A DNA stretch of 46,111 bases, taken from assembly GCA_009827215.1 (NCBI GenBank), contig WUAJ01000001.1, forward strand, positions 1 through 46,111. The letters are read 5' to 3'. The translations under genes were made by a program, and so were the position numbers. The notes under the pieces are model-generated. The model was not told where the DNA came from and ran no database searches. It saw nothing but the letters and a program-made list of their open reading frames with translations. This DNA is from Phycisphaeraceae bacterium (GTDB lineage: Bacteria; Planctomycetota; Phycisphaerae; Phycisphaerales; UBA1924). Position 1 is the first letter of the stretch. Each line of letters starts with the position of its first letter. Positions 8,827 through 17,071 of this stretch are shown here, in pieces.

Positions 8827-10050
8827 TCAATCCTCGGACAAGCCGACTTTGTCTTCTTTCGAATCTTCTGTGCCGCTCGTGATCGTGAGCCCGATCGATT
8901 CGCCTTGTTTCTGGAGGGTGATGAGCACCTGCATGTCGAAACTGTCGCCCTTCATCGAGGCGCGGGCCTTGTCCTGATGGTCTCGGCGCAGCTTCGCGAG
9001 TTCCGCGAGTCTGGATTCAATCTTCACACGCTGCTCGTTGTTCTCCGCGATCAGCTTCTTGAGCTCGTCTGTGGTTTTAGACTGGTACTCCTCAGGGAGC
9101 TCGTCCTTCTCCACATCCTCGAGCGCGACGCGTCCATCGACGACATCATCGACGAGTTCTTTGACGCCGTAGAGATTCGATCGTCCCGCCGCGGTCTGGT
9201 TGTAGATCGCGCGATCCGCGGACGCTTCAGGGGCGGCGCTCGATGAAATCTTGATGGCGCGATCACGCTTGGATTCTTGATACAGAACCTCGTCGCGCGA
9301 GCCGTAGTCGATCATGAGCGATGTGAGCTGCTGGTCCAGCTCTGTGATCTCCTGATCGTATGGAGTCGTGATCCGCTGCACACCTGAGTCCTGATCGATC
9401 GCGGCGTATTGCCCGTTGGTCAGTCCCGCGATCTTCGTCCAGTGGTCTTTGGTGCCGTGGAGATTCCCGCACTGGATTGTGTTGACGATGATCCCCTTCT
9501 CTGCCGCAAGCTTGCACGACGCTTGGTACTTCACATCGTCGTCGTACCCCATCTGAGGCGGCGCATCACCCACAAGGAACACGATCTTCAGTGTGCTCGG
9601 ATCATCCGACCAATCGAACCGTTCCACGGCTTCAAACAGCGCCTCGTTCACGCTCTCGGGAGTGTCTCCGCCGCCCCCCGCTTCGAATCCCATCAGTGTT
9701 TCGTACACCGTGTCCAGATCATCCGTCATCGTGGTCTTGGTAGTCACATACTGATCCCCGCGATCGCGATACCCGACGAGTCCCATCCGGATCTCCGGAG
9801 CGGGCTGTGCTTGCGAGATCGTTGATGCGATGGACCAGATCTTTTGTTTCGCGCCTTCGATCAAGCCGCTCATCGAGCCGGTGGTGTCTAGGACGAAAAC
9901 GACCTCGACTTTCTTCTGTTGCTGTTGCGAAACACCCTTGCAACGGACAACAGTGCTTCCTGATGGTCTCGGTGTTCGATCCATCGCGGCGTGTGAGAGT
10001 CCCGCGGCTAGTGCGAGCGTGAGTGCGAGTGCTGTATGAGTGCGTTTCAT
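8827..10050 (-). CDS. Secreted von Willebrand factor A (VWA) domain protein with coiled-coil C-terminus
   Basis: MIDAS motif VFVLDTTGSMS. Signal peptide MKRTHTALALTLALAAGLSHA. Start trimmed from 10101 to the ATG at 10050, which has AAGGAG upstream. Confidence 0.85.
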   Translation of the reverse strand: MKRTHTALALTLALAAGLSHAAMDRTPRPSGSTVVRCKGVSQQQQKKVEVVFVLDTTGSMSGLIEGAKQKIWSIASTISQAQPAPEIRMGLVGYRDRGDQYVTTKTTMTDDLDTVYETLMGFEAGGGGDTPESVNEALFEAVERFDWSDDPSTLKIVFLVGDAPPQMGYDDDVKYQASCKLAAEKGIIVNTIQCGNLHGTKDHWTKIAGLTNGQYAAIDQDSGVQRITTPYDQEITELDQQLTSLMIDYGSRDEVLYQESKRDRAIKISSSAAPEASADRAIYNQTAAGRSNLYGVKELVDDVVDGRVALEDVEKDELPEEYQSKTTDELKKLIAENNEQRVKIESRLAELAKLRRDHQDKARASMKGDSFDMQVLITLQKQGESIGLTITSGTEDSKEDKVGLSED

Positions 10051-10132
10051 CGAATGGTCTCCTTGCGTTGGGGGTGACGGCGTTGTTGCCAACCGTCCCA
10101 CGTCAATAGATACCGTTCGATTGCGTCTTGTA

Positions 10133-10203
10133 TCGTCACAACTGTGTCACACAATCACAGTGTCACACGCGCGTCACAAAGATGTCACAACAGTGTCACG
10201 GCG
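10133..10203 (-). repeat. Array of six GTCAC(A/G) direct repeats (TGTGAC on the operon strand), mostly in 11-bp register
   Basis: GTCACA begins at 10135, 10146, 10162, 10173 and 10184, and GTCACG at 10195. A degenerate ATCACA sits at 10154. The array lies 85-150 bp upstream of the VWA start codon. Confidence 0.8.
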
Positions 10204-10231
10204 ATGTGCGTTCAACAATCAGAATCAGTGA

Positions 10232-11620
10232 TTACTCTGAGCTGCGAACGATTAAACCATGCGGCAAGAAAATTGCAACAATCCCTGAGATCGACAGCAA
10301 GACCGCTGTGACTGTGAACGCGGCGTCGAGACCGAACCCATCCATCACGCGCTGTGCGGATGAATCTGGGAGCAGGTTCACCAGATCAATCACAAAGCTC
10401 GGCACATTGGGTTTCGCGTTGAGTCCGTTCTGCACGACCTCCGCACCCATCGGTCCGAGGAACGAGAGCATCCACGCGCCGCCGAGCATTAATCCAGACA
10501 CCAAACTGGTTCGGTGCGGGAGCAATCGCTGCGAGAGCGACAGACTCACCGGGATCGCGGCTCCGAATCCGATCCCGGACAACACCGCTGCACCCATCAC
10601 CATCCATCGACTGATGCTTGGATCTATTGCAGATAGTTGAGGGATCATCGCGATGCTGATCGCCCCGAGCATCGGGAGGATGATGAAGACCGCTTTCTCG
10701 AATCGCGCCGCGAGGATGAATCCGAGCGTGATGCCTCCGCCTCCCATCCCGACCTGCATGGATGCTTGGAGCGTGCCGTTGATCTGCGATGCTTCGATCC
10801 CGAGTTGTTCGGTGAGCTCAACAGCGTTGTGCTTGCTGAGCACGAAGCGTGATGCCCACTCGGTGAACAGATACACCAGCGCCATGTTGGTTGTAAACCT
10901 GAGCACGTTGCTCGCGTAGAGCACCCACACCCCGATCCATCGTTGTCGACGCTCGTGCGCATCCCATCCGACCTGATGCTCGTGCGCGCCGTGATGACGG
11001 TGTCCGGCTTTATGGATCGCAATCGATAGAAACAATGCCGCGAGCAGACCAATCGGGATGAACCAGCGGATCGCGAGCAAGCCCTGCTTTGAGGCCTCTG
11101 TGTTGAGTTTCTCCGGAGTCATCCAGTCCACATACATCGGAGTGAACACATTGCCCACGATCCCCCCCACCATTCCCGCGAGGAAGAAGAGCGCGACATA
11201 CTTCGATCGCTTCGCGCCCCCGAGCTGTCCGACCGTCGCGGCGGCGGGAGGATGGAACGCGCCGACCCCCATCGCGCCGATGCTGTAAAGGATCGCGAGC
11301 TCGGTAAAATCCCGTGCCATCCCGAGATTCCCGATGCACAGCACCGCGATCACAAACCCCGCCGTCCCGAACGCTCGCGAGTCGTAGCGATCGCTCGCCC
11401 ACGCGACGACTGGTTGGATGACTCCGGAGCACACCGATCCCAGCGCCAGCAGGAGCGCCTTCTGCTCCGGACGGATCTCCAGCAGCACCGCGAGCATCGG
11501 GAGCAGCGCGATCCCGATAAACGAGAAGACATCAACGATAAAGTGCGCGCCGATGGTTACCGCGGCGCGGAGAGGCGCTCTGGTCGCGCCCTCTTTGATC
11601 TGCTGCTCGTCTGTACTCAT
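10232..11620 (-). CDS. MFS transporter
   Basis: 462-aa polytopic protein with about 12 predicted TM segments and MFS-like loops. Starts 5 bp after the ggt stop. Confidence 0.85.
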   Translation of the reverse strand: MSTDEQQIKEGATRAPLRAAVTIGAHFIVDVFSFIGIALLPMLAVLLEIRPEQKALLLALGSVCSGVIQPVVAWASDRYDSRAFGTAGFVIAVLCIGNLGMARDFTELAILYSIGAMGVGAFHPPAAATVGQLGGAKRSKYVALFFLAGMVGGIVGNVFTPMYVDWMTPEKLNTEASKQGLLAIRWFIPIGLLAALFLSIAIHKAGHRHHGAHEHQVGWDAHERRQRWIGVWVLYASNVLRFTTNMALVYLFTEWASRFVLSKHNAVELTEQLGIEASQINGTLQASMQVGMGGGGITLGFILAARFEKAVFIILPMLGAISIAMIPQLSAIDPSISRWMVMGAAVLSGIGFGAAIPVSLSLSQRLLPHRTSLVSGLMLGGAWMLSFLGPMGAEVVQNGLNAKPNVPSFVIDLVNLLPDSSAQRVMDGFGLDAAFTVTAVLLSISGIVAIFLPHGLIVRSSE

Positions 11621-11625
11621 GGCGA

Positions 11626-13401
11626 TCAGTCTATCCCGCTCGGACGACCACCCTTGCGTGGATCGCTCGCGGCTTGCCAGCCCTCACCATCACGCACGAT
11701 AATCTGGACATTGCCCACGACCGCGTCCTCACTACCGATGATCTGACCATACCCCCGCAACGGCGTTTTGAACACATTGAGTACAATAGTGTTGAACCCC
11801 GTCTCGAACTGTGTTTGATCAGGGAGCCATTGGTTGTGCAAGCGTGGACGGGATACCGCTTCACCGGCATTCATCCCGCCCATCACATTCAACAAGACTT
11901 GCATTGTCCCTGTGATGATCCGAGGTCCGCCGGACGCTCCGGCTATCGCGAAGACTTTGCCCTCTTCATCGAGCACAATCGTTGGTGACATGCTTGAAAG
12001 CGGGCGTTTGCCCTTCTCAGGGATATTCTGTTCGGACTGGACCAAGCCGAACGCGTTGCCTTTGCCGACTTTGCGTGGGTTGGTAAAGTCGTCCATCTCA
12101 TTGTTGAGACAGAACCCGAACTCCTTAACTCCGACTAGCGATCCAAACTCGAGATTGATTGTTTCGGTCATCGCAACCGCGCCACCGAACTGGTCGATCA
12201 CACTGACATGGCTCGTCCCGCCATCATCTTCGATCGGCGCAGATAGATCATCGTTGAGCTTTGTACCGTAGAAGTCTGGGCTTTGCCCGTGCAGATTCAG
12301 CTTCGACGCGAGATCTTGGATGTTGTCTTCATCAAGAAGCTGTTCAATCGGTACCTCAGTGAACATCGGATCCGCGAGGTAACGCGATCGATCTGCGAAC
12401 GCGTGCTTGAGTGATTCAATCAGCATCGCAACGCTGTCGGCATCCCGCTTAGCGCTTTGGAAGTTGTACCCCATTGCTTCCATAATCTCCAACGCTTCGA
12501 ACATCGTGACTCCCCCGCTGGATGGGGGAGGCATCCCGATTAGTCGCTTGCCGTTGATTACTGTCTCGATCGGTTTCATCTCGATCGGTTCGTATCCCGC
12601 GAGATCCTCGAGCGTAATTGGGATCGGAGTGCGTTTGGTGATCGGCTCAACCGTCAGCGTGTCCACGATTGCTTGACCGATCGCGCCCGTAGTAAATGCT
12701 TCCAAGCCGTGTTGTGCGATTAGTTCCAATGCTCGCGCGTGCTCTGGATTTCGGATCCGATCGCCGAGCTTCACCTGTCCCCAAAGCGTGAACTTCTTCC
12801 AAGGCATTCCCATCTCTGAGTCACGCAGCGCCGGGTTCTTGTGATAACGCTCGATGATTCCCTCAGCAGCATTCATGTAATGCTCATCAACGACGAACCC
12901 CTCCATCGCCGCGTCGATTGCGGGTTGCAAAACCGTCGCACGATCAAGCGTCCCGTACTCCTCTAATGCGTGGAGCAATCCAGCGACCGTCCCTGGGACC
13001 GCGACCGCGTAGCGTCCGTTCTTCATCGAATATCCGGATCGGTACCGACCCGCGTCCGCTGGAGAAGTCTCGCGATAGTTAATGGTCGTCAGCACACGCC
13101 CGTGCGTGGGATCGTTGGGGAGGTAGATGACCATGAACCCCCCACCTCCGATCCCGCACGAATAGGGACGCACCACAGAGAGTGCAAACGAAGCGGCGAC
13201 CGCGGCGTCCACCGCATTCCCGCCTTGTGCGAGCATCTGAGCGCCAGCCGCAGAAGCATCCGGATGATCCGCGGCAACCGCGGCTTTCGCGAATGTATCA
13301 AAGAACAGGTCCGCATCACGAACCGGAGCACTGGCGCACGCACTGCTGCAGAGCACACAGACTAGGACAAGAGCGCCTCGAAGCAAGATGATTGTATTCA
13401 T
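11626..13401 (-). CDS. ggt: Gamma-glutamyltransferase (secreted)
   Basis: 591 aa with a signal peptide. Autoprocessing/nucleophile region DDGGTSHVSVID, and C-terminal GASGGPRIITG, typical of GGT. Confidence 0.92.
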   Translation of the reverse strand: MNTIILLRGALVLVCVLCSSACASAPVRDADLFFDTFAKAAVAADHPDASAAGAQMLAQGGNAVDAAVAASFALSVVRPYSCGIGGGGFMVIYLPNDPTHGRVLTTINYRETSPADAGRYRSGYSMKNGRYAVAVPGTVAGLLHALEEYGTLDRATVLQPAIDAAMEGFVVDEHYMNAAEGIIERYHKNPALRDSEMGMPWKKFTLWGQVKLGDRIRNPEHARALELIAQHGLEAFTTGAIGQAIVDTLTVEPITKRTPIPITLEDLAGYEPIEMKPIETVINGKRLIGMPPPSSGGVTMFEALEIMEAMGYNFQSAKRDADSVAMLIESLKHAFADRSRYLADPMFTEVPIEQLLDEDNIQDLASKLNLHGQSPDFYGTKLNDDLSAPIEDDGGTSHVSVIDQFGGAVAMTETINLEFGSLVGVKEFGFCLNNEMDDFTNPRKVGKGNAFGLVQSEQNIPEKGKRPLSSMSPTIVLDEEGKVFAIAGASGGPRIITGTMQVLLNVMGGMNAGEAVSRPRLHNQWLPDQTQFETGFNTIVLNVFKTPLRGYGQIIGSEDAVVGNVQIIVRDGEGWQAASDPRKGGRPSGID

Positions 13402-13429
13402 GTGTCAACTATACGCGGCACAGATCCAA

Positions 13430-14773
13430 TTACCGATCGAGCTTGCGCCTTCGGACGATCCAGAAGCGATGATCCTCCGGATCAGGTCCCTTGCCGTCCT
13501 TGCCTCGTATGGGACCTCGGAACAGTGCTTTAAAAAATGCCTTCGTGCCGTTGACGACACGCATGATCCCTGTGCCACCCTCTCGTCCATCATGACGCTC
13601 GAGTCGATACCCAAACAGATGGAACACCTGCCTACGGAGCACGCACGCGAGATCCGCATCCACAAGCAGCGAAGAATCTTCACTGTGATACACCCCCGGC
13701 ATGATCCCAATCAGCTTGTGGACCCACCCCACACTACGGAGCCATGCTGAGAGATTCACCCAACCGCTGCTGACCCTGCGAACGATGAAGAACCCGTCAT
13801 CATTGATCCGCTTGTGTGTTTGCATGTTTGGAAGAAAGATCCGCCCGTGAATCGGGGAGTACACAGGTTTCCCAGCTTGCATCGCGATCTTCGTCTTTCG
13901 AGCGTGTACAGGAGTCCCCGCCTCGACGCCGGCACAGATCCTGAAGTCTTCGCTAGTGATCGGTTCACGATGGCGCACATCGTACACCACATGACCACGA
14001 TCCTGGGACTTCGATCGCATGTACGCGAAGTGGTCCTTTGGATGTCTTGAGAGTTCCACAACACCCGCCGTATCCAGCGCGATCCAGATCGCGGCTTCGT
14101 GCACATCGATCGACGCGGGATCATCGTGCTGCCCTCCCTCGACAAGATACGAGATGCATCCGAGCCGAGCGGTGACTGCATCGATCACCAAGCCGTTGGT
14201 TTCTTCTTCGATCCCCAGATACTTCGGACAAGGCATACGCATCGCGTGCACACGCGCCGGCAGCGAATCCTCGAACGCGACTACTGGCTTTGAAGGCGCA
14301 CTCGTTGTATGCAGATCGAGCACGATCATCTGCTGACCCGCCTGCTTGCACGATGCATGGATCGATTCGAGTGATCCAAACAACTCAAACATCTGCTCAT
14401 GCTCAGCGCTTGTTGAAGCGGGTTCACTAAAATGCTCGCGCTTGCACAAACGATTGAGATCATGATCGATGTAGCGTGTCTCGGGATCCTCGTGATTCAA
14501 TGCCGCGAGGTTCCCGGCGAGCACAATGAGTCGTCCACTGATATGCGCGTAGCGATCGGAGTGGAGTTGATCGAGCACGCGTTGTCCCGCGATGAGTCCC
14601 GCGCGCTCGTTCCCATGAACCCCGCCGAGCACGACAAGGGTCGTCCCCATGCTCGCATCACCCGCTCGACCGATCTCCCGCTCTGGGTATCGCTGAACGG
14701 CTGGGCTTGATTGCTCTGTTTGGACTTCGGTCATCGGCACGCACACACTCCGCGGGACTGAGCCAGTACTCAA
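13430..14773 (-). CDS. Succinylglutamate desuccinylase/aspartoacylase (AstE/AspA) family Zn hydrolase with C-terminal extension
   Basis: 447 aa. Zn-binding motif VVLGGVHGNERAG, then LIVLAGNLAAL and DLNR. About 120 extra C-terminal residues have no call. Start uncertain: TTG at 14773 or ATG at 14734. Confidence 0.75.
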   Translation of the reverse strand: MSTGSVPRSVCVPMTEVQTEQSSPAVQRYPEREIGRAGDASMGTTLVVLGGVHGNERAGLIAGQRVLDQLHSDRYAHISGRLIVLAGNLAALNHEDPETRYIDHDLNRLCKREHFSEPASTSAEHEQMFELFGSLESIHASCKQAGQQMIVLDLHTTSAPSKPVVAFEDSLPARVHAMRMPCPKYLGIEEETNGLVIDAVTARLGCISYLVEGGQHDDPASIDVHEAAIWIALDTAGVVELSRHPKDHFAYMRSKSQDRGHVVYDVRHREPITSEDFRICAGVEAGTPVHARKTKIAMQAGKPVYSPIHGRIFLPNMQTHKRINDDGFFIVRRVSSGWVNLSAWLRSVGWVHKLIGIMPGVYHSEDSSLLVDADLACVLRRQVFHLFGYRLERHDGREGGTGIMRVVNGTKAFFKALFRGPIRGKDGKGPDPEDHRFWIVRRRKLDR

Positions 14774-14783
14774 AATTCAAGGC

Positions 14784-16715
14784 TCACTCTGTATCATTGC
14801 CGCCGCGAAGCTGATCTTCGAGCAACTTCCCTGCAATCCGCATGTAATCGTGCTCAGTGACGATCCCCACGAGCTTGCCGTTCTCCAAGACCACTGGGAG
14901 ACACGAGGCGCGATGCTGCTTCATCAACGCAATTGCGTCGAGCGTCGGAGTCTCCGGCTGGACAGAGACCGGCTTGCGCTCCATGATGTCCTCGACCGCG
15001 ATCGAGTCGCTCTTGCGCTTCACAGGATCAGCGACCAAACGCAGTAATGCTCGATAGCTGACCAATCCGACCAGTTTGTGTTCGTCGTCTTCGACTGGGA
15101 TGTGGCGGATCTGCTCCCAATCCATGATCGAGGCCGCGAGATCAATCAGCTCGTCTTGCCGAACCGTAAAGAGGTCAGTCTGCATGTACTGACCCACAGT
15201 GGTGTAGTGGTGTCTCCATTCGCCGCATTCACGGATCTCCGCGACGCTCCATTCATGCACCGGCGTCCCGATCTGCTGCCTGGATATTGTGCCGGCAGTC
15301 AGCGTGCTCAATCGCTCAGCGCGTGTCCCTTTCTCATGGATGTGCGCGACCGAATCAATCATCCAGCGAGCGCCGTTGCGTCCCGTTTCCGTCCGCTCGG
15401 AGATGATGTCCATGTACTTGTTGATGTCCTGGTGATCGACCTGTGCCTCGCGGAGCCCTTCAATCGCAATCGGAACCAGCTCTCCCAGGATTAGATCACG
15501 AGTCGGGATGACTCTTCCATCGATCCAGCGAGATTTGTAGTCCAATCCTGATCGTGCTGCTGAGACGAAGTTCGCTTGCGCGTCGGCGAATGCCAGCCGT
15601 TCTGTTAGATCAGGATACAGCTTCGGCATGCGAGTCATCAAACCAAACCAGAACGCAGCGTTGGCAATCTCGTCAACAATTGTTGGTCCAGCAGGAAGCA
15701 CACGATTCTCGATACGCAGGTGAGGCTTGCCATCGGTAATCCCATAGCACTGACGGTTCCAGCGATAGAGCGTGCTGTTGTATGTTTGCAATGCCGAGAG
15801 TTTGGGGATCTCACCTCGCTGGACCATCGCAAGCGAGTCCTGCGTTGCATCCGCACGGAACATATTTCGGAATCGTGCGATATCTGCTTTGAACAACTCA
15901 ACAACGGATTCTTTGACCCACGATTCACCGAATCGCACACGCTTGAGCATGTCCCGCTGCGTAGGGATGTCCTGTCCGGATGTATCTACGGTCTGCTCGA
16001 AAACCGCGATGCGAGTCTCGTGCCAGAGTCGTTTGCCAAAGAGGACCGCGGAGTTTGCGGCGGCTGCCATCACCGGCGCGGTCACCGCTTGCGCGACATT
16101 GTACGAGATCGCAAAGTCCTCAGGAGTCACCTGAAAATGGAGTTGAAACGAAGTATTGAGCGCCTCGAGCATCACTGAATCGTGCGAGAAGTTGATCTCG
16201 TCGATCCCTTTGATTCGGATGTCGTAGCGTCCACCTCGCGCTTTGGTGATCCGCTCATCGAGCGCGTAGTACCTCGGCTTGGGAGTGATGTAGTCCTTGG
16301 ACAGATGCTGCTGCTGGAGCGTCGGGACGATCCCGATAAGGATCGGTTTCGCACCGAGCTTCTGCGAGACATCCTGCGCCTTGGTCATCAGCTCTTCGAG
16401 TTCTTTGTGCAGATCACGCAAGACCGATCCAGTGAAGACCTTCGGATCGCAGTTGAACTCCATGTTGAAGCGACCGATCTCTGTGGTCGCGCGGCGCTCA
16501 TGGAGCAGGTCGATGACCTCTGGACCCAATGGCGCTGGACGCATCGCATCATCGACGAACGCGAGCTCTTGCTCAGCGCCGATTCTGGTAATGCCTGTTT
16601 CGAACATGCCGTGTTCGATCATGTACTCAAACGCACGCAGGTCGTTGAGGACATCGTGCATAGCTGCGCGATGCTCATGTCCCCCACTCGCTTGGTCCAT
16701 TTCTTGAATGCCCAT
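14784..16715 (-). CDS. GCS2-family carboxylate-amine (glutamate-cysteine-type) ligase fused to a C-terminal CBS pair
   Basis: 643 aa. N-terminal about 470 aa resemble the YbdK/GCS2 family (RIGAEQELAFVD...). The C-terminus has two CBS motifs (VGQYMQTDLFTV...LVGLVSYRALL and VEDIMERKPVSV...LVGIVTEHDYM). Confidence 0.8.
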   Translation of the reverse strand: MGIQEMDQASGGHEHRAAMHDVLNDLRAFEYMIEHGMFETGITRIGAEQELAFVDDAMRPAPLGPEVIDLLHERRATTEIGRFNMEFNCDPKVFTGSVLRDLHKELEELMTKAQDVSQKLGAKPILIGIVPTLQQQHLSKDYITPKPRYYALDERITKARGGRYDIRIKGIDEINFSHDSVMLEALNTSFQLHFQVTPEDFAISYNVAQAVTAPVMAAAANSAVLFGKRLWHETRIAVFEQTVDTSGQDIPTQRDMLKRVRFGESWVKESVVELFKADIARFRNMFRADATQDSLAMVQRGEIPKLSALQTYNSTLYRWNRQCYGITDGKPHLRIENRVLPAGPTIVDEIANAAFWFGLMTRMPKLYPDLTERLAFADAQANFVSAARSGLDYKSRWIDGRVIPTRDLILGELVPIAIEGLREAQVDHQDINKYMDIISERTETGRNGARWMIDSVAHIHEKGTRAERLSTLTAGTISRQQIGTPVHEWSVAEIRECGEWRHHYTTVGQYMQTDLFTVRQDELIDLAASIMDWEQIRHIPVEDDEHKLVGLVSYRALLRLVADPVKRKSDSIAVEDIMERKPVSVQPETPTLDAIALMKQHRASCLPVVLENGKLVGIVTEHDYMRIAGKLLEDQLRGGNDTE

Positions 16716-16730
16716 TCCGGCTCCACGGCT

Positions 16731-16751
16731 CGATCTGGATCATCCAGATCG
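16731..16751. promoter_or_regulatory. Perfect 21-bp palindrome CGATCTGGAT-C-ATCCAGATCG, candidate operator
   Basis: Read directly from the sequence. It lies 16 bp upstream of the ligase start codon (16715), next to its GGAG ribosome-binding site, inside the 356-bp divergent intergenic region. Confidence 0.5.
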
Positions 16752-17071
16752 CGTTTACGACGCCAGAACCGCGTCGATGATCTCCGATTGTGACAAGTTT
16801 GGGCTCAAAACGCAACCATTGACTCCCTTGAACATCCGCTTTGGCAACCAAACTCCTCTCGATTGCGTACCTTTAAAGACACGAGCACGCCTTTGCTGGA
16901 TCACGATCCAACCAGTTCTCGGACTTTCTGTCCACTCGCTCGTGTTGCTGTTGACCACTCTTGGTACTCTTGCTCGGCATCCACGAACTCACCTCGATTG
17001 ATCGCCGACAAGGACCACACCACTCTCTGTGCTCGATTCTGGAGTCCAGAGCAACCCAATCTGGAGAAGAG

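Noticed and set aside
8188-9246. 352-aa plus-strand ORF, one of the longest in the track
   Set aside because: It is antisense to the DUF4139 and VWA genes and spans their intergenic gap. Its translation is Arg/Asp/Glu/Leu-rich low complexity with no motifs, typical of shadow ORFs opposite real genes in GC-rich DNA.
10133-10203. Whether the GTCACA array could be a CRISPR array or minisatellite
   Set aside because: The units are only 11 bp with no spacer-sized unique segments, and no cas genes are present. The position upstream of an operon encoding an OmpR-type regulator fits a binding-site array better.
16708-17001. 97-aa plus-strand ORF in the ligase/M14 intergenic region
   Set aside because: It has no ribosome-binding site, overlaps the ligase start region and has no recognisable sequence features. 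Treated as non-coding control region.
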